64,000 nt of DNA from Phoronis australis. Its lineage: Eukaryota > Animalia > Phoronida. Numbering within the stretch: position 1 is the stretch's first letter; every line of letters starts with the position of its first letter. Positions 11,490 through 25,047 of the stretch are shown here, one piece after another. The notes under the pieces were generated by a model. The model did no database searches and was not told the origin of the DNA. It worked only from the letters and a program-made list of their open reading frames with translations. The stretch covers positions 1 to 64,000 of the forward strand of contig NMRA01000190.1 in NCBI GenBank assembly GCA_002633005.1, read 5' to 3'. The position numbers were made by a program, and so were the translations under genes.

Positions 11490-14201
11490 AAGTGCAGCAT
11501 ACCGCGTTTTTATTTGTCGCACACCAAAAGAGGTACATGGCGCCTTAAACGTGCGATTGCACACCTTCCCCCTAAAATACCTAAATAAAGAGGATCTGGG
11601 CCCTCGTTTCTCCTTCCACACTGCCGCTGCAAACAAATCTAAGCCGGGGAATGCATTTGTCGGAAAAGGTTGTCACATTCTATGCGTCCAATCAGGGGTG
11701 GCTCGAGGGCTCGAACGAGTCATTTGACGAAGTTGGCAAAAAGGTCCACCTCAGAAAAACAAAAAAGTTAAAAAGGAGACAAAAGTGCACTAAAAGGCAG
11801 GAACCAACAAATACACCAATTCATAACTCTGAACGCACCCAATTAATCGTAGGTCGGTGCTCACATCCATTCACAGTGCCAGTGTCTTACAACGCTCAAT
11901 TTTCCGTGCGAGATATGAGCCTTGGAACAAGTTTGATTGACAAAAGTTTTAAATTAAAAATAACGTCATGCGTCTTTAAATGTGCGACATTGTTGTGAGA
12001 ACGGCGCAGGTCCTCGTTTTGTGCGGGCACCTCTCTTGCTTTAGCTTACTTGTTGCGCATTAGTAAATCCGTGGTGGTAGGTGAGAATGTGCCCGTATAG
12101 AACAGGTCCTACCTGTACATGTATGTATTTGAATGCTTTACGTGCTCGTTATTCAATAAATTTCCTGGATGGCCCATTCATGCAAGTAGGTCATGTTATG
12201 TTACAGGGACTGGCACTGACTTCTTACCATGACATGAATCAGCGTGGGGCCCCTGGAGTCATCATGACGGTGTCCCCGGGCTAGTGCAGTGGTTGGGCAC
12301 TATGGCAAAGAAGACATTGCAAAGGGCCTTCACTTCGAAGATTTTATTTGCAGAGTGTTGCACCAATTGGTGCAAAGACTCTAAACACGCAATCTTGTGT
12401 TTCTAATCCGAAGCGCTCAGAAGGCTGTAACTTCGAAAATATAGGATTTTTTACGAAGGATGGATCTCGGTTGACGCTGAAAACCGATTCTAGCTTTACG
12501 TTTGCCGTTTTTATGTATCGTTAATTTTAAAATTTGCGCTAGTGATCAACCCATTGTTGGTGATGTTCGGTCCCAAAATAAACGTTTTTCTTTCACCGGC
12601 ATGTTAACTTGTGATAGGAGATGGAATAATTTTCAATGGACAGATGCGAATAAGTGATGAGGTGGTTATCAAATGCGATAACTATGTGTACGATTGCAAG
12701 TTACACTTTGAAAAGTTCTTGCTTGAAAACACCTGCGGTGGTCAACACGTCCAGTGTTTCTTTTGTTTTCAGACTGATCGGATAAATGTTAGTGATATGT
12801 GTTATATGCGAAATATTTGAGTACAAGTTGTCCTGATTATGGTGCTCCGATTACATGCGCACCATGAATATTTCTTAAAAAGCCCGTAATTCGAGTTAGC
12901 ACATGGAATTGGAACACAGTGCAACTTCTTACTTTACGATGGGATATAGCCGGTGAACTTGCTCTGCTCATTCGTCTTATCAAGAAACCAAATCTTCGGC
13001 GAGTTCTGTTCCTCCATATCTTCATTCTAGACCACAATCCTCTGCGTTCAGTTATCCTTTCATGTATCTTTCTTCCCATCAGCAATTCTAGACAGGGGAC
13101 GGCAAATAAAATTTGAATCACTGAAACGAGCTATCGGTATCTTTGAGTGTCCAATATAACATTTATTCTACAGTGCGATGTTCCGAAGTTGAGTCTTGCC
13201 TAACTAGGGAACGTTATTTGACTGAGCAACAGGCGTGTCTTGTTTATCTATCTTACCTCTTTAAATGCTGTAGAATCCCGGGCTCACGCTGCTTTACACA
13301 TCTCACGTGCGGTGCTAGCGTGAAGATCACAATGAAGCAGAAGATGGCAGAAGACCACATCATACCACGATGACTGAAGGCGAATTTCTCCAGTCATACG
13401 TTTTATGCTAAAATGTCTTTCATACGAAGTTCATGTACAGTGTGTTTCCAATCCTGTTATACCCTTGCCAGTGTAGAGGGAGATTAAAAAGTTTGCAACG
13501 CGAATGGATTACTTTAGAAAACTACTCCGCGCGGTGGCAATGCAACTAAGTAGATACAGAACATGAGGTCCGCCAGTCACGACTCACGGACGGAGATTAG
13601 CCCTGCAGGTGGTGGTCAGTCTGACAACTGAAGGATAAAGTAGCCTAGGGTTTTGGTGCAAATCCAAACATTTTCGTAATGCCTTTGGCACCAACTTTTA
13701 ACTTCATTTCTTACAAATTCTTGTAACTTCTACAGTTTTGGGTAATAATTATAAAGCTACATGGGCAAATAATCCGAATCCGTTTTCACCGTGATCAACG
13801 CGAACTTCTGCCGAAGACAAGGATATGCAAAACGACAAGTATATTTGATAAACAGTAAGATCAAGATTTCTTTTCATCGGTGTTAAACAAAACATAAAAG
13901 CAAATTTAGTCCTCTCATTGACCAGCGAGAGATATTCATCAAACAGGCGTACGCCTGGTAGACCGCCGGGAGACCGAAGTCACAACTTCTACGGTAGGAC
14001 CGAGGCTCATGAGGGCGAAAAAATACAGTGAATAGCACTGTATACGCTTTTCTAATCTTATAACTAATGATTTAGATTAAAAAGCTCAGGTTAATAACTT
14101 AGGTACACATTCTTCGCGTCCTAGGCAACCAGTTAGCTTCGGTAGGTCTAGGGCTATGTCCGAGTCAAATTAATGCATGGAATTGGCCGTAATTGCACCC
14201 T
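11490..14201 (+). mobile_element. Highly decayed Kolobok-like element (boundaries uncertain)
   Basis: Right end GCACCCT|TTAA. Remnant EQQACLVYLSYLFKCC..TCGASVKIT (~13220-13340) resembles the KFIVFxxCLxxLFxxC..G.xVKIT motif of Kolobok-type transposases. The left TIR match is weak. Confidence 0.3.
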
Positions 14202-15686
14202 TTAAACATTTAGGTTTGGCCTACCTTCTGATGAACTTTCTAATTTTTGTAGTTTCAGTGCATAAAGGTAGCTCTCAGTTAATTTTAAACGTAGCATGGT
14301 AACACTAAGCTGTGGTAGGGTTATAAAAGATGACAAGTCTGGTGTAGGCCTAGTGGCAAAAATGGCTATTTACAAAAATAACAAAAATTCTTTTTTAAAG
14401 CATGTTTGAACAGCTTATAAATGGGCTCTCGATAACTCTACAGGCGAACTGCATAATAGAGATTCTCATCAAAAAGTAATTCAAGTGTTTATTTTTTCGT
14501 GAGAACAGCTGGAGCTAGTCTGAAATAAGTACGAGACAATGTGTTGTTTTTAGGGTAAAATGGCGGCTTGGAAACGCAGCCCAATGTGTGTCGAGAATGC
14601 TCCGTTCTGATTGGTCAGTCATAATCTTGGTGATAGGTCAATTGGTAGCACTGCCCTCATGTGAGGTGAATCACCACGTATAGATCGTTTAACGTTTAAG
14701 ACGGTGGCCAAAACAGTTGAGTCGTGTGTATCGTAGAAGTGATACACGTTGCTATTGATTGGCATCAGAAACGAAACAGTATAGAAACGTTCTTCATTTT
14801 CACTAAATCAATAAAGGAGAATGCCACCAAAAACAACCTTTTTGTATCAACTTAGATGAGTAGATCCACTCAATAACAGCAAGATCAGTTCTATTACTTG
14901 ACAAAAGACGGACGTGCTGAAATTAATCAATGACGTCATAGGTTTTAACACACTCTGTTCAGCAGTTAACAACACGCTTACTTGTGTCAGGCTATCGCTT
15001 GACTTCATAGCTTTACGCCAGTAAATCTTCATAATTTGAAGCAAAATACTTACAAGTACATTGAGATTTTAGACAAACGAGTTGCTTTATTTCGGTGTTA
15101 CGGATTTATAGAAATTTTGTCCGTAAGGTAACCGTTTGAAACCATTCTGTATGCAATAAAAGGTACTTTACAGATATTTTCAGCCGTGGGGCAGTAGCAT
15201 GCAGAGAATTGGTCGATGCAGAGGCGACTTTTTATTGGACGCCTGATATCCTTTTCAAGACCGTAGCCAGCATTGAACGTCAAGTGGACGCTGTAGAGTT
15301 TTAGACAAGGCCTTTGACGCAGCTCAGTTAGGAGGAAGGGAAATCTGTATGCACAACGATGACTCTCAGCTATATGTTCATGAGATGAGACGGAGTTTGT
15401 AATACCAGAAAGTTCATGTTGTGACGGTGGTCAGATTTTACTGTGCATGACAAATTGCCCGCATGTCTAAAAATGAGTATGCACTTGCATTATAACTTAT
15501 GACATGAAATAGAATACTGATGAATTATCAACCATGACACATTCATCTAATCTATGTCAAGATCGCATCGCAGCGCAGCACGAAGCTCACGGTATACTTG
15601 CATATTTGACGATCACTTTCATTTCAAAAATTGAAAACGCCTAGACTTTTACTGTGCCAAAATACAGCACACATCACGAATTTTTG

Positions 15687-15891
15687 TCCGCCCGGTCGGA
15701 AATTGGTCGACGACTAGCCGTCGACCGGTCGGCAAATTAGCCGACCGGTCGGCTAAAAATTACCCGACCGGCAGCCGCCCGCAGTGCCGACTCATAAGGC
15801 GACTCCCCAGCCGACCCTTCAGCCGACCGGCCATCAGCCGACCGGCCATCAGCCGACCAGCTGGTCGGCTGCTATTCTTAGGCTAGAGTAG
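15687..15891. repeat. Cluster of direct and inverted GCCGAC(C)/GGTCGGC motifs, probable transposon subterminal repeat array
   Basis: More than 10 CCGAC/GTCGG units in ~200 bp, including palindromes such as GCCGACCGGTCGGC, in an otherwise AT-rich context. Confidence 0.7.
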
Positions 15892-18800
15892 CAGTTGCGT
15901 AATAGATTGTCAGGCTGATACCCCTTTGCGTGTCGATGCATATTCGTCTTAGCACAGGGTCAAATAAATTAACCTAGTTTTACTGTCTGGGTTATATGAG
16001 TTCACTCGGTTGTGTAACACCACTAATTCGAAGGTTGAATGAAGGCAAGCGGTACTAGTAAACATTGGATTATGGACAATGCAACAAGTTTTGGATGAAA
16101 AACGTGAAAGTTTTCTTTACATTTTATCTTCAGTTTGACTCGTGATGTTAACAAGATGTATTAGATTGGTTGCTTCCCGGTCAATACAACGCTGTAGTCA
16201 TTTTGTAAACGCAGCTATTTTTAGCAGTCTTCGCCCGCAGTTGAATTCGTTTGTGTAACGCCAAACTGTATCTTTTTGCGTTTTTTTAAGTTAGTCACCG
16301 GTCTCCTATCACGCGCCCATGATGATGGATTAGTGAGTGAGTTGTTACACCGCGAAGGGCTCTCACTCCGGGGATTTCATTTTCAAAGTATTGACCCTTG
16401 CAGTACAGACGCGAAATTCACGGTCCAGTACGTCTTAAACCCACGGACTTCGATGTCTCTAACTTCGAAATCATATTATGGTTGCGATTTCCACGAACTA
16501 AGACGGTGACATCACCACTGTTGAGGCTACAGGCAATTGTAGCTTTGCGCATTCCGTTTTCATGTATCGGTGACGTTAAAATCCGGGCTAGCAGTTACAT
16601 GTATACACGTAGTCCCCTATCAGTTGGTCGTTCACGTTGTTCCAAAAATAAATATTTTCTGTCAACAACATATTGACAAATTATTTAAAATAAAACAATT
16701 GTGAACGGGAAGATGTGAATACGTGGTGAAGAGGTATTCACTACGCGGCATATGTGCGTGAACCTTTGGTAAAGCGATTGCGATGGCAAAAAATGGTAGA
16801 AAATACACAAAGGTGCACTTTTGTGAAGCAAAGCGTCTGGTGATATTGATAGCGTATGATATGGCCACCTTAGGTAGTAAGTGACGCTGAATGGGAAGTG
16901 GCAACTACATGTTTGGCGCGAAAATAAAAAATCATGCTTGTATCGCCACCCACAACCCTCCCCGAATTTTGCACATTCTAATGAGTCGCCACTCGGGCGT
17001 GATTTGGTTCCGTTTCAGTCCTAAAATCGCAGAATAATTCTTCTGTGCTCAGCTGTAAGAAAAAATACAATTTTTTGAAACGGTGCTCAGTCTTAATAAA
17101 GTTTCCAGCATGAGAGCACTTTATCAGAAATGCCAAGCTCACGCAGAGTTGTAAGACAGAGACGTTGGCGTTTCCGTATGTCCACAAAAGTGCTTTGAGC
17201 AGTGTGTACAAATTTGTTCACTTCGCTTTTCTACACTGACGACTACGGTCAACACGGTGTTTTAACTACACTTTTGACGGCATTTTCAAAAATAAATGTT
17301 TGGTTGATGAATTCAGCGAGTCGGTGCCCTCGGGCAGGAAAACGTATCTGCGTAAATAAAGAGTTGCGTTTTCAAAACATTCAGAGCATGAGCTCAAGGA
17401 CTACCTGAGACAGAAAATAAAACCGAATACCAAACAGAAACTCGTCCAGTGAATATATAGCTCTTGGAAAATTGTTACCCCGAAGAAATGTGCAAAATGC
17501 GAACGTCATTTACGGAAGGTTGTACCAGAAGTGATTCGATGCAGTGGAGCCGCCACGGGATAGTAAAAACACTGTGCTGTGCACTAGTTAGCTGAATGGA
17601 ACGCTGAAGCGGAAAAATCCAGAACACACATTTTCTATTCATGAATTGAAATCTCTGCAGAATCAAAAACAATTGGCAACCAGGATTTATTGCGTAAGAT
17701 AACTTATCACGCCAGGAGAGAATTCTTTTCATGCCCGGATACTACGTGATCACCCATTATGCAATGATGACAATCCAGTGTGTACCTATACATTGGCATC
17801 TATTGTAAAACGTGGATTAGACGAAAGAAATTCAACCGCATTTCGAAGGTAATATGTCTGTTGTCGGCGAGAGGTTGAACATATAGCCCTTGTTTATACG
17901 TGTAGTACGGGCATTATCACTTTGAAAGATCAATGCTAGGGGACGGTGACGTGGTGTTCTGGCGTGAAAGTTACTGACATGGTAAGTTTTTGAACCTGAC
18001 TTATTAAATTTTCAGTTCGGTCGTATTTTATTTTGATCCTGAAGTGAAGAATTTTTGGTCCTCTCTTGATAAATTATAGGTGCTGATGTGATAAATTTTC
18101 AGTCTTGACGTGGTGAATTTTGGTCTTTATTTGCTCTATGGTCTTCTGTGTGAAAACAATCTCAGTGTATTGGATTGTTTTAATTCCTGGTTAAGTAAAA
18201 TTTCTGGTTTTGAGCGGATATTTATTTTTGGTCGTGGAGAGTTTACATGTTTTGCTGGGTTTTAATCTTGCATAGAAAAGATATGTCGTTAAATGTTTCA
18301 AATTAGGCCTCCCTTAAATGTGGGAGAGCAGGTTGTGTAGTATCGTACTATGTAACTTCTTATAATAATGTAGGTGTTCGTGATTTAGTAATACTATGAA
18401 AAATGAGTAGTTATGACTATGAAAAATGAGTAGTTGAGGCTTCTTTTGAAATATTGCATCCTTTGTATATGCCTGGTGTAGATGGCTCAGTGTGATATTA
18501 TGAAGCTTTATTATCTTCTATGGCTTAACAACTATATATCTCCATTCATGCCTGTAATAGAGGTACTCCCAGGATCATCAAGCATGTGTATGTTTTTATT
18601 CTAATAAGGCGTGCTTCGAATGTACAGTTAGTATTCATACTTTTGCAGTGGTTCATAGCAAACGGATTCATTAAACCCAGTAAATATTTTTGCAACTGCC
18701 GATCTGCATATTAACCATGCATATTGCATCATACCTCAACAGAGTAAAACTTATAATCAATCATAGTAGAAAACATTATTTTTATCATTGCAACAAGACG

Positions 18801-19302
18801 TTAACAAACGCAGTCAGTGTCTGTAACTGTTAGTCGGTGGGCCAGATTTTGTAGGGCCTCTAGAAAATGGTTTTTGTGAGTACTTTAGGGGGGCAATTTT
18901 ATTTTGGTGTTTTTTAATTCATTTATTAGAGTGTTTTCAAAATCTAAAAAGTTCCCATATATAAAGTTGCACATTTTTGAGAAATTTGAGTTTGAAGTTA
19001 CATAATAATCACCAAAGAGCTTAGTAAACTTATATTTGTAAAAACAACAATTTTGGTGACTTTTTGTAAAACAAGTAATATGGTCCCATCAGTGCCATTG
19101 TATTGAACAATATTACACTCACATTACACGTTTTACTATTGTAAATTAATTGTAAACAGTGAAATTTAAAAAACGTTAAGAGACACCTAGTGGCAAAACT
19201 GCAAACTAAGTCTGAATGTTACTAGGAAGTTATTCTGGCATTGTCAGGCAATAAAAATAACACAAAACACTTGAGACAGGGCAAAATTTGTGCCTCAATG
19301 AC

Positions 19303-19645
19303 TAAAACATTGACTAATGGTGTAAAATACAGCTTGTTTGCATAATACACCAGAAATACGTTATAGTACAAAAACAATATAATTGAATGATCTCTGTGAA
19401 TGTGCACAAAGACTGTATGAAAATATTAGATTATTCTGACAGCGTTTATCAAGCAGTATGAGACAAATACATGTTAAAACATTGACTAATGGTGTAAAAT
19501 ACAGCTTGTTTGCATAATACACCAGAAATACGTTATAGTACAAAAACAATGTAGTTGAATGATCTCTGTGAATGTACACAAAGACTGTATGAAAATAATA
19601 GATTATTCTGACAGCGTTTATCAAGCAGTATGAGACAAATACATG
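19303..19645. repeat. 172-bp tandem duplication inside the Academ element
   Basis: Two near-identical units starting at 19303 and 19475. Confidence 0.9.
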
Positions 19646-20048
19646 ACAATGGTCAAAGTATGTACTTTCTATGACTTAATCAACAAATAAAATTAACTTT
19701 TTAATACAAAAAAGGAAATAACGGGGTTGGAGGTCAATTTAGGGTTGACTTGTCAAAGAACTATCCAATGTGATGCAGTCAGTGTTGCTGATGTTACTAC
19801 AGTTGTCACAGCTGCACATTTCTGTGCAGTTTGACCCAGTATTGCAGCACAAACTCAGTTTCCCAGCACACATGTTCTTTTTACACTTGCAGCGTTCATC
19901 GTTTAGTACTGTCAATGGAGATGCGGTCATTGCCATACATATTAACTGCAAAGCTCCACCGCCAAGGAGCCAACTATGGTCGATTAGAGAGGGTACAGCA
20001 CTGCACACTCTTGATTAGCCCGCAGGCAATGAAGGGTCAAACACTAAG

Positions 20049-20807
20049 TCCTTGTTTGGAGGCGGGCACTATTTGGGCAAACATACGGATTCAAAATATG
20101 TTATAGTGGGCTGTGTTAATTAGAGTCAGCAAGTGAATTATTGAACACTTCACAATTCACTTTCGTATCTCTTAGTCAGGCACAAACTACAACAGTGAGT
20201 AGTCCAAATAACTTCATGCACACCAGCTTTCTGAAGAACAGCTTCAAAGTCTTGCTTTAGTCTTGAAAGGCAAATGATATCTCCTTGTGTTAGAAGCTTC
20301 GATTCAATGAACTCCAAACAAAACTGTTGTAAACTGTGAATTCGTCACTCTTCACAATCGTTGTCTTTCTATTTTTTATAGCATGATGATCTGTGGTACT
20401 TGGCTTNTCCTTGTTTGGAGGCGGGCACTATTTGGGCAAACGTTTGATTCAAAATATGTTATAATGGGCTGTGTTAATTAGAGCCAGCAAGTGAATTATT
20501 GAACACTAGCCTCAATTCACTTTCGTATCTCTTAGTCGGGCACAAACTACAACAGTGAGTAGCTTCAACAATATTTCTTAAGATTGCCTGTCCAAATAAT
20601 TTCATGCACACCACCTTTCTGAAGAACAGCTTCAAAGTCTTGCTTTAGTTTTGAAAGGCAAATGACATCTCTTTGTGTTCGAAGCTTCGATTCAATGAAA
20701 TCCAAACAAAACTCTAGAAAAACATCTCTGAAAACTGTGAATTCGTCACTCTTCACAATCGTTGTCTATCTATTTTTTATAGCATGATGATCTGTGGTAC
20801 TTGGCTT
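20049..20807. repeat. Tandem duplication split by a single N at 20407 (probable haplotype/assembly overlap)
   Basis: 20049-20406 and 20408-20807 are similar, differing by SNPs and indels. Confidence 0.8.
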
Positions 20808-23800
20808 CTAAGACACAAGGTCTTTATCTTTGAATTTCATTTGCATATTCAGGGCTCTGGAATGAGCTGTTGCTTGCGATACAAGTCCAACTGAAAAAAA
20901 CCCGAACTGCTAACACTAATTTAACATTCAACTATGAGTGAGTTGGCATGCAACTTTTTCAGACGGACTTATCAGGAACTGATCCACCACCAGCCTAACA
21001 AATTTACATGCCGTCTGATCTGTAGCCTAATAATGTTGATCGTCTAATAATTAGATCAGTTGATGCAACTGAAAATAAATCAGCTGATATACCAGTGCAG
21101 TGATTGAAATTTAATTTTTCTAAATCAGATGCTCAAACCATAGTCAATCGATTTACACTTAAGGTAATCGACGTTTGACGAAATGGACATTGGCTTCCAT
21201 CATCCTCAAATTTCGACGGCGACGATGGCCACTTAGGTACTTTAATTTAATTATCATTGCAGCTACCTAAGTAATTAATGTTTACAAAAAATTGAGACTA
21301 CAGCAGGGGATGACGGCCACTTGGGCACGTTGTTTGCAACCATCTACTCCATTCAACCTTCTCAAAAATTTTTGACTTAAAGTGCTTTAAAATCACACCT
21401 ACAGTATAACGCCATAGGATTATCCCTTAGCGCAAGCCGTGTCGATGAGGCAACTGAATGGAGTGTTCGAAAAACAGGATTGCAGGAGTATTTGTTTAAA
21501 CTGGGAACAAATGAGAACATTAACGACCTCCTCAGAGGCATCTCTCTACGCGGTACTTCTAAACTTATAGGAACATAATTTGCTGAAAAGTATCCGGCAT
21601 ATGAAATACCTATGGTATGATCAGCGTCTCTACTGGGTCAGCAGTATTGTCTAAGGCCTAGGCAGCCAAGGGGCTGAACAAGTTAAAAAACAACTGGTGA
21701 TAATACTAAAACACACATGGAAAACACCAAGATGTATTTTTAAAAAACATTGTTTTTGAAAGCTATACTTCTTTTTCTTTCTTGAAATGTGGCCCATAAT
21801 GTACTTTTCCGCTAACAAATGATGCACTCATGTTTCAGAATGTTCCTATCTTGTTCAGGTTAATTGGGTGTTTCAGATTTTGGAAGTAATTGATTTTCTT
21901 GGGAAATCTTGGATAACATCTGTATCACTTTCAGCAACTTCAGCTTTAGTACTACTGTTGGTGCCTTGAAACGTTGCTATGCCGTTCTATGTCCTTTCAA
22001 TTTTTTGGTCTGACACTTGGTCTTCTAGTCTACAGCACTCAGCAGCATACTGTGTAGGCTACCAGGACATGCAGATGTTTTCTGCACAAACGTTTGTGAC
22101 ACCTCTTCTTCTTTTTGATCTACTGATCTACAGAGTTCCACAGTCAATCAGCTTTCGTCAGGAAGCTTTCCTAAGCTTCTTTAGGCTCTGATACCACAAT
22201 TTTGTGCTGTTTGATAAACCTTGAATTATACAGGCATCACACTCCATGGGAGCAGCCATATTGAAGTAACTAAGCACAACAATACAATCTGACTCTCTGA
22301 TTGGTCAATTCACTAGAAAAGCGCCATCAAGTGGCAGGAATGTGCATCATATTTTGTGCAACAAAAACACCTTTTTTTAAAAAAATGTGCAAGTGTAGAC
22401 GTGGAAACTTTTTGGAATTTGATTTATGGGTATATTATCTAGCCACATAGAAAAAACTAGGTTGCCCCCCCAAAGTACTCACAAGGATGAACGCTATGAG
22501 ATCTGGCCCACCGACTAAAGTAAACGAACAGTTTCAACATTTAAGTTTTCTTAACAAAGTGGTCATCCTACTGATGCCAGAAAATGGCAAAATGAACTGT
22601 TAAATCAAGAAATTTGTAAACCTAACTTCATTCATATCTAGGAACTTGGTGTGTGAAAAGCCAGGGGCAAACACCAATACCGCCTCCAGAGGGCACCGCA
22701 GTCGGAAAACTGAAAGTGAATGTCAGTCATATAAAACACAATAACTATTGAAGATAAAATAAGAGATACAATCATCTTAAGCAAAAAAGCTTACCTTCCA
22801 GATGGCCCTCACAAACTATAGTTGGCCAAACATTTTGCTCACAAGTTTCATGAGGGTTGTATTGGCACAATAGGGAAAGCATATGGCATGGAAATGCTCA
22901 TACGCTCAACAATTCAATGCCGGTGCGTCTAGTATGGTTACTACCAATTACTCAAAAAAATACTCCGAAAAACCTCTACTCCGAAGAAACCTGCGCCTCC
23001 TCCAAACATGAACTAGGAACAGTTATTTATGACCAACACAATGACAGTTTTGCCTGTTTCGTCCTTCAGTCAGCTATATGACCTTCACAGTATCACTATT
23101 ATCTCAATGCTTCCTCCTAAACAATTCCCCTATCCACACATTTCTCCCACTTTAATAAGGTGCCTCAATAAAAGCGATAACTCATCGGCTACGAGTTTGC
23201 TACCCTCATCGTCAACTTACTTTCATAGAGTACCCTTATATTAATTGAAATTTTTTTACTCGATACGTTTTCAGATTCTCACAAGTTTCACTTCAGTTCA
23301 AGTGGTGGCCATGTCTACATGTACATCATAATCACATTATACGGTGCGCAGTCGTTTTTCTCTTTGTATTAGATATCCATTCATATTATGATGTTTTAGT
23401 TGTCTTTCATTGCATTACATTTATTTTTCTGCATTGTGTTCCTTTATTAAAGGTGGCCTAGCTTCCTGCAACACTCGAAAACAATGGCTGCATGTACATC
23501 TAATCAATATTGCGGACTGCAAGCCATGGTGCGTTTGGCCGGATTGTTCACCAAAATTGCACACCAACATTCCTGTATAGAGGTACCCGCCTCGCTCTCG
23601 ACACTGGTTCTGTTAAGACCTTGTATGGGGGTTCGTTGACACTGGGGATTTCTCTTTAGCAGTTTTTAAATTAAGCAAAGGGGCGAGTAAGATGTTAGTT
23701 CCTGGTTTCAATTCAACGTCAGTTTTACAGGTTTTATAAAATACAGTGTATGAATAGAACAGTTTGAACAGACTTATTTTAGATAACATCAGGAAGGAAG

Positions 23801-25047
23801 GCATTATGTTAATAGCTTCCTGATAACATGCAAAAGCTTTGATTCAGCCTACGTCCCTTATTGTAGGTTGTTTTTGCTAAGTAATCGTTGCGTTCAGTAA
23901 TGATCATGATGAAATATAATACAGGTACAATGTTCATATGTCTTCCATCAAAGAAATTAATTGAAATAAATTTCAGACAATTTGAAATGTTTGACATTTT
24001 GTTTGATCTTGCTTCTTTTGAAGCTCCAAAATAATTCGCTGGTTAACTAATGACCTTTTTTCAATGAAATGCCGTAGCTTACACCAAACCTCACGGACTG
24101 GTTGCAAGATTTTTTTTGGATTCCATGTAAATTACAATTTGTTGAAACAGGCACGCACCTGGCGTCTTGCACAAACGCAGAGTTAGGCGTCAGTAGTTGA
24201 TTTTCTTTGACGCATAACCTTTTTGTTATTAACTATTTACATACACTCACATATAATCACGCGGAGGAACACAGCTTTGCCTTAAATTTGCAAATTAAAG
24301 TACTTATCTCAAAGGGCATTCTAGTTAAAAAAATTAAAAATATATACCAAATTATGTAATAAGTAACATAGCATAATGCTCACATCCTTTCTGTTATTAT
24401 ACTAAAAGTCTTTTTAGCACAGTTTTGTACCTCGGCCGAGATCGGAAAATCATCAACTATTCCCGTCTATTTCCGTGACCGTGGCAAAATTAAGTGTAAT
24501 ACATATTTAGCCAAATATATACAAAACTTTCTATGAGTAAAACTAACGTTAAAGAATGTACTTTCTGTAAGTAGAATGTGTCTCATATTGAGACGAACTC
24601 TTCATCAACAATCCCAAAAGTCGAAAGGTGCCAAATAGAGAGAACAGATTGATTTCTAAGAATGACGAATCTTTGCCTCACGCAATTTTTTGCAACTGAA
24701 TCGAGGGGAGTCATTCTGGCAAATTACACTTAATTTAACCCAAGTCCCCACGAAACACTCAACCCCGGATTTGCTCCGATATGAGGTGCTAGGGTATCAC
24801 CCTTCTTCTGCCACAACAGTCCCCATTATTCATTTCTTAACAAATAAAAAATGAAAAGAACAATGACAAAGGCAAGCTCATGGCGCATAAGGCTCCCCTC
24901 CCCTAATGTTCACCTTCCCTAAATTTCGGTCACCCGATCTTATTCGGCATGTCCGAAGCTTTGTCACACCACCGTTTGGATTTGCCTATGTCTTCACACA
25001 GGTCTGCACGCAGTGTAGTGTAGGCCTATATGTACACAGCCATGCTT

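Larger units (their letters stand above)
18831..22517 (-). mobile_element. Academ-type DNA transposon, deletion derivative
   Basis: 17-bp perfect TIR TAGTCGGTGGGCCAGAT at both ends, with further inverted similarity (GTGAGTACTTT.GGGGGGCAA). Minus-strand remnants KDLVS*EAKYHRSSCYKK (N-terminal) and the Cys-rich CKCKKNMC..CCNTGSNCTEMCSCDNCSN (C-terminal CXC-like tail). Confidence 0.85.

Noticed and set aside
22950-23240. Possible CR1-type ORF1 esterase remnant on the minus strand (KTVIVLVINN)
   Set aside because: Only one weak motif, with multiple stops; too little to support a call.
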